Source: Mogibacterium sp.
Lineage (GTDB): Bacteria > Bacillota > Clostridia > Peptostreptococcales > Anaerovoracaceae
NCBI GenBank assembly: GCA_021442505.1
Contig: JABUTC010000001.1
Span: 1 to 26,409, forward strand
Direction: 5' to 3'
Length of the DNA stretch: 26,409 nt
In this document: piece after piece, positions 15,401 to 22,925 of the stretch
How the letters are laid out: each line of letters begins with the position of its first letter
Position numbering within the stretch: position 1 is the stretch's first letter
Made by a program: the position numbers and the translations under genes
Notes under the pieces: model-generated
What the model saw: the letters and a program-made list of their open reading frames with translations, nothing else
Told to the model about the DNA's origin: nothing
Databases searched by the model: none

Positions 15401-18134
15401 ATGATATGATTAAAATTTCTTTAACCGCAGCAAACCCTTTAGTTTGGGTAGAAAATTCTTTAAAAGCATTCATTATTCTTGGCATTTGCTTAGTGAGCAA
15501 ACCAAGCATTACCATAAGGCCGCCAATAGCGCCTAAAGCGGGCAATAAGTTTTCAACATTAACATCTGCTAAAGTAACCAACGATATTGCTAATATTCCA
15601 ATAGCTATTGCATAAGTTAATATCGTTTTTGCTTTTACTGATGCTTTTAGTTGCTCAAACCCATCAGCAACCGCGGTAAGAGTTCTATGAATATCGTCCA
15701 CGAATGTAAACTTTTCTATAGTTTCTTTAAACATATTAGCTATCTTATCTACTTTTCCAAGCATTCCTTTTAAGATAACTATTACACCACCAGACGCAGC
15801 TAAAGTAGCTATTTTTCCAAAATCAATGTTACTAAATGCTTCTTTTATTCTATTAGCAATCGTACTAGCTATATTTCCAATTGCATTCATCGCGGTCTTA
15901 AAGAATCCTAATTTATCAGTAGTTGTATCAACAGCATCCCCAACACCTATTATGCTGTCGTTTAAATACTCAAAGAAACTACCAAAAGATTTATCAGAAA
16001 CCTTAATACCATTAAGCATTTCTTGAAATCTGCCTATGATTGGAAGGGCCCCATTGCTGAAAGCAAAACCTATACCCCATACGCTATTCGAAAGATCTAA
16101 AGACGCTTCTGATGTTCCATCTAAAACGCCTTTAACATTCCCAACAACATCTCCAACGTTTTGAGCTCCATTAGCTATTCCAGTCATAGTGTCCTTTAAA
16201 CCGCTTGTAGCACTTTGTACAGAATTAATAGAGTCCGCAAAGCTTTTAAAAGTATCGCTAACCCCTGAAAAATCAATACTGTTTCTAAGCCCGTCAATGG
16301 CGCTAGATATTCCATCTGTTATGGGCCTAATTATTTCACCAATTCTGCCAAATAAAGCTAAAGCAATATCAAATACATGAAATGATGTTTGAAGTTGCGT
16401 TATTGCTTTAACAACTAACATCACCGCTGATTTAATAACATTGAACACCGAAAATAGTCCAGCCATTCCAGATTTAAGATTCGACTGAGCTTGCTCAGAA
16501 AGTTTAAATGACTCTGTAAGTTCTTTAAATTTAGCAATGATATCGTATAATGCATTACCATTTAAAGATCCAAATATTTCATTAAAAGCATCTTTTATTG
16601 GCTTTGCAATAGATAATAAAGACTGCCAAATATTGCGAAGAGATTCAATAAGAAGTTCCCGTCCGCCAAGCTGATCTAACTGATCTTTTAACTGACCTAT
16701 AGGGCTACTCGCATCTGTAGAAGCTGCTGCGAATTCACGCATCTTATCTATTTCTTCTTGCGTATAGCCTTTGTTAATCAACTCAGCGTCACTTAACTGA
16801 TTTATTTGATCTATTACACCACCAAATAAATTCTTATCGAAGAACCCTTCTTTTAGAGAATCTTTAAGAGATCCATTCTTTGTTATTAGGTTATCTATCT
16901 CAATCCCAGCATTGCGAGCTTGCTCGGTAATCATTTTGGTCATGCCAGACTCTAAAGAAGAATCACTTGCAAATAAAGAATCCCATGAATCTGATTGAAC
17001 AGATCTTGGTCCCATTGCGATCTGAAGAGCATTGTTTCTAACTTCTGCTGATTTATTAATAACCTCACTAAGCGTATCACTTATCTCGGTCATTAATGTC
17101 CTAGCTTCTTCGAAGTCACCAACAATAAGCTTCCACGTTTGTGCCCAACCAGATCCAGCAGCTTCTTTCAAAGTATCAAATAACTGTGTTATAGTTTTGA
17201 CCTTTGTTGCTGCGTCATTTGCGGTCTGACCTAATTCTTTAATTTTTACAATCTGCTCTTCCGTATAGCCAAGTGCTCTAAGCTGCTCGTCAGTGTAGTC
17301 ACCTGTAAACTTCTTTAATGTTTCCATCAAGATTTCAGTGGTAACCCAACCTTCGGATAATGACTCTCTAAACGAACCTTGACGAGCAATGATATCGTCA
17401 ACGGCTATTCCATGTACTCTCGCAGTTTCCTTTAGAGCATTCTGAAGTTGCTCGCCACCCATACCGGCATTAACTACAGAATTCCAGTCCATAAGTTTAA
17501 CTGTACCTGAAGCAATAGCTTGGCTAAGCTGATACATTGCTACTGATGCTTGCTGCGAACTCGAACCTGACATAGCTGCCAAGTTAGCGATACCCTTGAT
17601 AGCATCTGCTGAGGTTCTTAGATCTACACCAGCTGCCGTAAAAGTACCAATATTTCTAGTCATTTCAGAGAAGTTATAGATCGTCATATCTGCATATAGA
17701 TTTAACTCATCTAACACTTCCGTAACTTGTTTTAGAGTAGTACCTTTAGATGCAGTGTTAGCCAAAATAGTTTGAACAGCATTCATCTGAGTTTCATACT
17801 CATGAAAACCAGTTGTGATAGGGTCAATGGTTAAAGCTTTACCAATGTTTATACCAGCAGTAACAAGGCGATTAGTTAAATTCTGGACAGTACTAAATAT
17901 TGCTGCACCAGTAACAGAAAACTTGTCGTTTAAGGCGTCTAAAGATCTACCAACCGTATTCGCAAAAGCACGTTTAGCTGTTTCTCCAAAAGTTTCTACA
18001 CTCTGTGTAGCACCTTTCATTTCAAGTTTAGTTTTTAACCTATCTAAAGTAGCTTCAGATTTCCTAACTCCAGATTCAAACTGAGAGTTGTCAAATTTCA
18101 TTGCAACTACTCTAGTGTCTGTGGTATTAGCCAT
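12450..18134 (-). CDS. Tape measure protein (1894 aa)
   Basis: SD GGAGGTG; N-terminus RVVAMKFDNSQFE; tape-measure domain LYADMTIYNFSEMTRNIGTFTAAG; long Ala/Leu/Ile/Gly helical repeats; C-terminal SRSPSK motif; longest gene between tail tube and baseplate genes. Confidence 0.95.
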   Translation of the reverse strand: MANTTDTRVVAMKFDNSQFESGVRKSEATLDRLKTKLEMKGATQSVETFGETAKRAFANTVGRSLDALNDKFSVTGAAIFSTVQNLTNRLVTAGINIGKALTIDPITTGFHEYETQMNAVQTILANTASKGTTLKQVTEVLDELNLYADMTIYNFSEMTRNIGTFTAAGVDLRTSADAIKGIANLAAMSGSSSQQASVAMYQLSQAIASGTVKLMDWNSVVNAGMGGEQLQNALKETARVHGIAVDDIIARQGSFRESLSEGWVTTEILMETLKKFTGDYTDEQLRALGYTEEQIVKIKELGQTANDAATKVKTITQLFDTLKEAAGSGWAQTWKLIVGDFEEARTLMTEISDTLSEVINKSAEVRNNALQIAMGPRSVQSDSWDSLFASDSSLESGMTKMITEQARNAGIEIDNLITKNGSLKDSLKEGFFDKNLFGGVIDQINQLSDAELINKGYTQEEIDKMREFAAASTDASSPIGQLKDQLDQLGGRELLIESLRNIWQSLLSIAKPIKDAFNEIFGSLNGNALYDIIAKFKELTESFKLSEQAQSNLKSGMAGLFSVFNVIKSAVMLVVKAITQLQTSFHVFDIALALFGRIGEIIRPITDGISSAIDGLRNSIDFSGVSDTFKSFADSINSVQSATSGLKDTMTGIANGAQNVGDVVGNVKGVLDGTSEASLDLSNSVWGIGFAFSNGALPIIGRFQEMLNGIKVSDKSFGSFFEYLNDSIIGVGDAVDTTTDKLGFFKTAMNAIGNIASTIANRIKEAFSNIDFGKIATLAASGGVIVILKGMLGKVDKIANMFKETIEKFTFVDDIHRTLTAVADGFEQLKASVKAKTILTYAIAIGILAISLVTLADVNVENLLPALGAIGGLMVMLGLLTKQMPRIMNAFKEFSTQTKGFAAVKEILIISFMILTFATALSILAKTVAYLGQLKWNELLQGMAALAILMQLLTKTLKEFNVKIGGWELMAISSFAGALMTLASAVKLLGGMPFGELVKGVTAVSVVLVAFAFALDLITKNLTGFKKNWHTFSNKGKDIFQVVDATEKTAVSVKQLVGLIGVIFAFSAALMTMALAIKILSSVPVDRMVSSLIAIGVTMGVFALAIKFIHAGEVYKTALALAALGASMLPLAVALKILAGIEFFALVQAIVAAAVSITILTKAVSKLPTSDVVKAAASIAILSGAMIALSVALMLMSLLSLGSIVKGLIAVAASLLLFTVVVNVLPKDSELLKAAAAIGVIALAIAALSVAFLLFSLTGIGGVIAGVTALVAAIWILAGAAEILKKTNLIRTMNELAKTLLLFSISALGVSTALFVAATAFSMFAAFTGSDINRICDNLLVLIDRVPEIIAKFAQTVQNSIQGWIDLFTALIQILIQSVINNIPMIVELLKGAAVGLVEVFLAAAQPLLVGIVNIIFDVIQQVIIRFVDTIYVAISSFLGLLRNLGPEFAETMQVIADTLWSLTETIPSALLALGTIIGSSVAGIALIISGLLTGLILGVSQAILGTMGAIKDLIVGIITMVCQTIVETIGPIMEALAAIITAICMAIAESAPAIGQAISSVLVSIIQGLGPVVDELVRFVGEHILMNIPVLVGYVIDMIVALLNTIAEKLGDVIEAGINLILSFIEGLAEGIRNNRERAYNAMKELIKELIKTAVYFLSHSAEDIAGGVKEFVGNIINGIANGIRNGIDAVGRAVKSLVDGIFGRANEEAESRSPSKRAMRFAHWIDQGIIDTFNKEAKPVAQAMANTVDGAFKAIENQSLDMNSLVEPVDKTALDLNAAIDIVESSDPVVTPVLDLTEIQNGVKTMESMLDTQQIQAGVAVDGINAAVNSGNGFMLFSQLNSLISKLNNEPTGQTINLNMGDGIVYSSSNPADIGAYVTNMVEQASRNYARV
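14280..15620 (-). repeat. Degenerate hydrophobic helical repeats of about 57-59 aa in the tape measure protein
   Basis: KTALALAALGASMLPLAVALKIL.. (58 aa) and KAAASIAILSGAMIALSVALMLM.. (59 aa), followed by KAAAAIGVIALAIAALSVAFLL..; boundaries approximate. Confidence 0.65.
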
Positions 18135-18507
18135 CTGATGTCACCTCCAACCATAGGTTTCTAACTAACTCTTTAAACACTTTAGAAAGGGCTGGGTTAA
18201 TATAATCTACACCTTGAACAAATCCACCGCCATTTGTTCCATGCCCATACTGTATTAGCATAGCGATATTAACATGGCCATTTATATTACTATTGTGAAA
18301 CCATATGGTAATTCCTGTATCAGTTTCCTCAATTTCATATGACCAAGCCATTGCCGTTTTTCCAGATCGTTTAGGTGTATAGATTTCTAAAGCTCTAACA
18401 CCAGCCATAGCATATCTTTCTAAAATAGGTCTAACGTCTTGTTGCTGAACTCGTTTAAAAAACTTTTCAGTTTTAGACCAATTACCTTTAACTTCAAATG
18501 TTATCAT
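18127..18507 (-). CDS. HK97 gp10-like tail-completion protein (126 aa)
   Basis: ALEIYTPKRSGKTAMAW, QYGHGT..VQGVDYINPAL match the gp10-like TP..TG / EYG..PF pattern; ATGA overlap with the upstream gene. Confidence 0.7.
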   Translation of the reverse strand: MITFEVKGNWSKTEKFFKRVQQQDVRPILERYAMAGVRALEIYTPKRSGKTAMAWSYEIEETDTGITIWFHNSNINGHVNIAMLIQYGHGTNGGGFVQGVDYINPALSKVFKELVRNLWLEVTSDG

Positions 18508-19079
18508 CCTAAAGTTCCCAACTGTCTCTTACGTTGCTCATTTAAAGCCCTGTTGCGTCTCATTATTTCAGCTTTCGACATCTTTTTAGGCTTTTCTGAT
18601 TTAATACCAAAGATTCTAAGCAATGTGATCAATCTGTGAATGTTCCATTTTTGGCATTCTATAGGAATTTGGTTTGCAAACATATAATAATAAATTTCTT
18701 CAGAAGAATAATTTTTAGTAGCTAAAGATTTTTGTCCGGTCATTGCGTTTATCCTATCTTCAGCAAAAGTAGTTGCTGTCATAGGATCTTGCAAATAGTC
18801 TCGGATTTTAAGCATTAAATCTGAACTATTAAAAATAGCAGTATATGTACTTTCACTAACATTTTGTGTTGTAGTCATACACCTAATGTAATCATATAAT
18901 TCTTCTGGAGTAAGATCATTAGAACTTGAAACCCTTAGAAAAATCTTTTTCCATTTAGCTTCCCATTTTGAGATTGATACTAAAGAGTGTTCCATCATAA
19001 CCGTAGTAGCTTTTGTCTTTTTAAACTCTTCTGTTCGTTCATCAAAGAATTCAAGCTCGGGAACATCTAAACGTAACAT
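18504..19079 (-). CDS. Putative tail assembly chaperone, second gene (191 aa)
   Basis: Between major tail and TMP genes; EHSLVSISKWEAKWK, SEEIYYYM..IPIECQKWNIHRLITLLRI; TAATG coupling. Confidence 0.7.
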   Translation of the reverse strand: MLRLDVPELEFFDERTEEFKKTKATTVMMEHSLVSISKWEAKWKKIFLRVSSSNDLTPEELYDYIRCMTTTQNVSESTYTAIFNSSDLMLKIRDYLQDPMTATTFAEDRINAMTGQKSLATKNYSSEEIYYYMFANQIPIECQKWNIHRLITLLRIFGIKSEKPKKMSKAEIMRRNRALNEQRKRQLGTLG

Positions 19080-19516
19080 TACTCTTCTTCTTTACCAGAT
19101 TCTAGCTTATCCATTTCTTTCTTAAGCTGCTTATACTCTTTACTGTTCTTATCTATAAGATCGCTTGGCATAACCTTTTCAATGAAACGATCAGCTCTTT
19201 TTGGATCATTTAAAAGATTAAACAATAGCTCACTATAAGCTTCAGACTCAACGAACTCAGCTAAAATCTCATGATTCTTAACGAAGCGAATACCATCATC
19301 AGACTTCTTCCCATATGAAGATTCGATAATGGATGTTATTATCTCAAGCATACGATTCTGATCATTATTAGCTAAAGCAGCTTTGGCAAATGTAGAGAAA
19401 CCTCCTGGATAAGATGTCTCAAGTTTCATAAGTTCAACCTTGTTCAAATGAAAATAGAAATCTCTAGTAATTTTATTGCCATTATAATCTTCAAAAGTAA
19501 TTTGTTCTTTAACCAT
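19079..19516 (-). CDS. Putative tail assembly chaperone, first gene (145 aa)
   Basis: Directly after the major tail gene; ITFEDYNG..FYFHLNKVEL, SYGKKSDDGIRFVK, SEAYSEL; AAGGAG upstream. Confidence 0.7.
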   Translation of the reverse strand: MVKEQITFEDYNGNKITRDFYFHLNKVELMKLETSYPGGFSTFAKAALANNDQNRMLEIITSIIESSYGKKSDDGIRFVKNHEILAEFVESEAYSELLFNLLNDPKRADRFIEKVMPSDLIDKNSKEYKQLKKEMDKLESGKEEE

Positions 19517-19551
19517 TTTAGTTACTCTCCTTCCAATTGTTAAAAACTAAA

Positions 19552-20322
19552 TTAGTTCTTCTTATTGAACTTTGGTTTACCAGCTTCTGGAGCATGAGGT
19601 ACTTTTACTTCAGGCTCTGGGGTTTCTTCATTTTCTTTTACAAAGATGTCATAAATCTCCTGAGGAAATACGAGACGGGCATCATCAGTTTCAGAACCAT
19701 AAAGAATACCTTCAAGCTTCTTAAGTTTGTCATTCTGCGTACCGCTCTCAAGAGTAGAAGTATCCACTGTGACAGAAGCAGTTGGCTTAGCACCGATTAA
19801 CTCTGCAGGAGCAGCTACAGCAGTAGTGGTTGCCTCCCAAGACATAGTAATAGCCTCTGGAGAATCATTTACTGTCTGATACTGCTTTTCTGATGGAGAA
19901 GCAGTCATACCATAAATAATATGAATCTTATAGTTATCATCAGCTGTAGGATCGTCAGCGGAACCAACTTTGGTACGATAAGAAAGAGCAAAGATCTCTC
20001 TCTTCTGCTGTCCAATAGTAACACCCTCTTTAATATCCATAGAACCATCACAAGATTCGAATTCTTTTGGATACGTATATGCTTCGATAGTATTCTTTAG
20101 CTTCTCAGCAGAACGCATAGTAGCATATACAATGTTGTCGGCATACAGATCAGTAGCTTCAGCGCCTTCTGGGGTATCTGAAATAGAAGTAAGACCATTC
20201 CAAGCGACACCTTTCCAAGTTTCATTACCAGAGCCATCCTTAGTTTTCTTATAAAGAACACCATGATCTACGCCAGTTTCAAATTTACGATCAATAGTTT
20301 GATCCCATACAATAGCACTCAT
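19552..20322 (-). CDS. Major tail (tube) protein (256 aa)
   Basis: SD AAGGAGG; WDQ..KFETGVDHGVLY, AWNGLTSISDTPEG, LYADNIVY, YTYPKEF, YQTVNDSPEAITMSWE are typical siphovirus tail-tube motifs. Confidence 0.9.
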   Translation of the reverse strand: MSAIVWDQTIDRKFETGVDHGVLYKKTKDGSGNETWKGVAWNGLTSISDTPEGAEATDLYADNIVYATMRSAEKLKNTIEAYTYPKEFESCDGSMDIKEGVTIGQQKREIFALSYRTKVGSADDPTADDNYKIHIIYGMTASPSEKQYQTVNDSPEAITMSWEATTTAVAAPAELIGAKPTASVTVDTSTLESGTQNDKLKKLEGILYGSETDDARLVFPQEIYDIFVKENEETPEPEVKVPHAPEAGKPKFNKKN

Positions 20323-20333
20323 TAGAGTCCTCC

Positions 20334-20663
20334 TTAATGATATAAAACGTAGACATCATGATGCAAAGAATCTACAACATAATGCCTACTAAATGAACAT
20401 AACGGTAATAGATCAAATAAATCCAATATTGGACTATCTGGATCTAATGAAATAACCATAACTTGATATCCCCTATAATATTGATATGCCATATTGTCTG
20501 CGTTAAGCTCGACTTCTCTATCTCTACTATAAACGATACATGGATATTTCATTTTAAGGGATTCTGGAGGTTGAAAATAAACATGAGTATCTTCTGGCTC
20601 AATGCCAAGAGCTTCAGCCATAATATTTTCGAGCTTATGGTGTAAATCAACTCTTCTGCTCAT
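20334..20663 (-). CDS. Tail terminator-like protein (109 aa)
   Basis: Start at ATG 20663 (MSRRVD) after AGGAGGTG; HVYFQPPESLKMKYPCIVY and position before the major tail gene. Confidence 0.75.
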   Translation of the reverse strand: MSRRVDLHHKLENIMAEALGIEPEDTHVYFQPPESLKMKYPCIVYSRDREVELNADNMAYQYYRGYQVMVISLDPDSPILDLFDLLPLCSFSRHYVVDSLHHDVYVLYH

Positions 20664-20970
20664 GATATACACCTCCTATGTTAATGACTAAACGTGGATA
20701 TCGTATATCTACTGAAGAAACACGCCACAATGTATTCATATACTCAACATATTTGATATACATATAGTTTTCTAAAGCATATGGGTCTGCTACTACAGAT
20801 ATTTCCATATTAACCGCAATATCATTATTTATTTTCGTTTCTTCTTCATTTCTTTTAATATTACGATTTATATCTCCATAATATTGTTTTTCGACCTTAT
20901 TTTCAGTCCAAACACCAGGAGAAGTTTCTTCCGTAGTAACGTATCCAACGATTCCACTAAATTTATTCAT
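20647..20970 (-). CDS. Head-closure/head-tail adaptor-like protein (107 aa)
   Basis: Directly after the capsid gene; beta-rich ISVVADPYA..IKYVEYMNTLWRVSSVDIRYPRLVI (SPP1 gp16-like pattern). Confidence 0.7.
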   Translation of the reverse strand: MNKFSGIVGYVTTEETSPGVWTENKVEKQYYGDINRNIKRNEEETKINNDIAVNMEISVVADPYALENYMYIKYVEYMNTLWRVSSVDIRYPRLVINIGGVYHEQKS

Positions 20971-20975
20971 TACTA

Positions 20976-22910
20976 CTAGTTACCCTTCTTCTCGCTTTTT
21001 TTCTTATCTACATTTGTAGCAGCTTTACGAGTCTCGATACAAATTGCAGAATATGGCTTAATGAGAGCACCAGAACAACGAGTTTCAATTAGGTACTTAT
21101 ACTTATTGTAGTCGATATCAAAGTCATCGAACATATTTACAGCACCGCCCTTGTCAGCGCCAACATTATAATCCTGAAGATTTACAATAAGACCCTGAAG
21201 AGTTCTTTCTTTTGTCTCACCAGCAAGGGTTCTCTTCTGATTCTCCATTACAGGAACAGAGATGATCTTAGAAACGCGCATAGCAGTAGCAAGCTCTTGC
21301 TCAGTGTTGTACTTACGGCGCTTGTTAAGATCCTCAAGAAGTAGACAATCTGTTAGAATATCCTCTGTGCAGAATAGTGTTGGATTACCAGAACCCTTAT
21401 ATTCTTTACGAGCCTTGATAGACTGACGAATGAACTTCTCAGCAATCTCGTCACTTGTAAGAGTGTCGGCATCGATAACTGCTTGAATTGTGTAGAACTC
21501 GTCGTCCTTCCAAATTGGACGAATGTGATCCTCTTTGATCTTGTACTGGCTAGAATTCAGACGACCATCACCAATAAGGAATGCACGTGCGAGTTCCTCA
21601 TCTAGCATACCACGCATCTCAGTCTTAAGCCAAGAAACAACATCCATATCCGTGATATCGATAACATCGTCACGATCCATGGACTGGTGTTTATAAACAG
21701 TCTGAGGTTCTGTTACACGCTTAAGCAAAGAGAAGACCTCATCAATCTTCTTCTCGCCTTTTATGTAACCCAGAGCCCTAGCTTCGTCCTCAGTGATATC
21801 TGCATATAGGCACTTAATCCTGGAGAATGGAGTATTGTGAACGCCACTCATAACAGGTGCCACCCAATCTGTTCTACGCTGAACAAAGATTGGAGTATCA
21901 GTTACATTTTTTGCATCTGGGAACAAATAATCGATGTTCTCAATGCCATGCTGTAAGAAAGCTTTCTTCATAGAGCCAACGGACTCTGCATCGCGAAGGA
22001 TACCTACCATCTCATCGTGAGAAAGTGTATCGTTCAAACCATTAGGATCTTCGCCTTCGAAAATGTTATGTTTCATTGATTCCTCCTTGTTATTGAATGC
22101 GGATTGTTCCATATCTCCGCCTTCACCATTACTTTCAGTTGGTACATTACCCTTTTGTGCATCTTCAATAGCCATACCAATCATAGCATAAACGGCTTCT
22201 TTCTGTTTATCATTAAGAGTGTTAAAGATATCACCAATTGTCTCTTCAGACTGGTCACCTTCGTCACCCTGGGGGGCTTCTTCAGGTGCATCTTCAGGCT
22301 TCTCTTGTTTCATGGCTTTGCCATCTTTGATGTCTTTTTCTTCGGTCTTTTCTATCTCGACCATTACTTTTTTGTCTTTTTCAGTAGGCATATCTTTCCT
22401 TTCCTTCTTCTCTGAACCTCCAGAAGAACCACCACAAGCATGAACTAGCACTGGTTGATCAGAAGAATAAATGCATTCGTCCTCTACATAGGTTTCAACA
22501 CCATGCTGAAGAACTACGTTGTCAATAAATGCTCCTGGATTTGCTCCTGCCAATACGACACTTAGTTCTCTAATAACGCCATGCAATACATTAGAACCTT
22601 CCTGCTTTAGCTTATTAGCATAAATAGAAAGAGATCTAATATCACCATGCTTAAGCAATTCTTTAACGTCTTTTGCTTGTTCCGTATCGTTAAGATAACC
22701 ATAAGCATAAACGCCTTCAGATCCACGATCTTCTAGAGCAGCATGACCGATCACATTTGCTGGATCATTGTGCTGATGCTGCCAAACTAGAGGAACTGTT
22801 TTACCATCGCAGTGCTTAAAAGCATTAGGCTTAATTACACGACCATCAGAGCAACGAATATCGCATCTTGTAGCCCATCCAGAGAAATCGTAACTTTTTT
22901 CTTTACCCAT
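20976..22910 (-). CDS. Prohead protease-scaffold-major capsid protein fusion (644 aa, HK97 fold)
   Basis: SD AGGAG 5 nt before ATG; HK97 gp4-like protease motifs PLVWQH (putative catalytic His45), LSIY (putative Ser95) and ELSVVLAGANP; acidic low-complexity linker (about aa 160-300); capsid domain from GIENIDYLFPDA to ETRCSGALIKPYSA. Confidence 0.9.
   Translation of the reverse strand: MGKEKSYDFSGWATRCDIRCSDGRVIKPNAFKHCDGKTVPLVWQHQHNDPANVIGHAALEDRGSEGVYAYGYLNDTEQAKDVKELLKHGDIRSLSIYANKLKQEGSNVLHGVIRELSVVLAGANPGAFIDNVVLQHGVETYVEDECIYSSDQPVLVHACGGSSGGSEKKERKDMPTEKDKKVMVEIEKTEEKDIKDGKAMKQEKPEDAPEEAPQGDEGDQSEETIGDIFNTLNDKQKEAVYAMIGMAIEDAQKGNVPTESNGEGGDMEQSAFNNKEESMKHNIFEGEDPNGLNDTLSHDEMVGILRDAESVGSMKKAFLQHGIENIDYLFPDAKNVTDTPIFVQRRTDWVAPVMSGVHNTPFSRIKCLYADITEDEARALGYIKGEKKIDEVFSLLKRVTEPQTVYKHQSMDRDDVIDITDMDVVSWLKTEMRGMLDEELARAFLIGDGRLNSSQYKIKEDHIRPIWKDDEFYTIQAVIDADTLTSDEIAEKFIRQSIKARKEYKGSGNPTLFCTEDILTDCLLLEDLNKRRKYNTEQELATAMRVSKIISVPVMENQKRTLAGETKERTLQGLIVNLQDYNVGADKGGAVNMFDDFDIDYNKYKYLIETRCSGALIKPYSAICIETRKAATNVDKKKSEKKGN
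22074..22088 (-). promoter_or_regulatory. Internal ribosome-binding site and in-frame ATG (Met279) inside the protease-capsid gene
   Basis: Minus strand reads AAGGAGG-AATCA-ATG-AAA-CAT (MKH): a perfect SD at 5-nt spacing. Confidence 0.7.
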
Positions 22911-22925
22911 AATTTCTCCTATCTT

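Noticed and set aside
12855-18084. Many plus-strand ORFs antisense to the tape measure gene, including 202 aa at 14086-14694
   Set aside because: Shadow frames of Ala/Ile/Leu-rich codons with low-complexity translations and no recognisable domains; I noticed no supporting SD sites.
19517-19551. Terminator or promoter in the largest intergenic gap
   Set aside because: Only 35 nt, containing the next SD; no convincing GC-rich hairpin with a U-tract or -35/-10 pair.
4620-20672. ORF-track starts at 4640, 5840, 10081 and 20672
   Set aside because: Each has a downstream in-frame ATG with a well-spaced SD (4619, 5822, 10057, 20663), which I used instead.
20979-21005. A7 run near the capsid gene end as a frameshift producing an extended capsid protein
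   Set aside because: Both shifted frames stop within a few codons (-1: GGG-TAA; +1: GAA-TAA) and neither joins the next gene.
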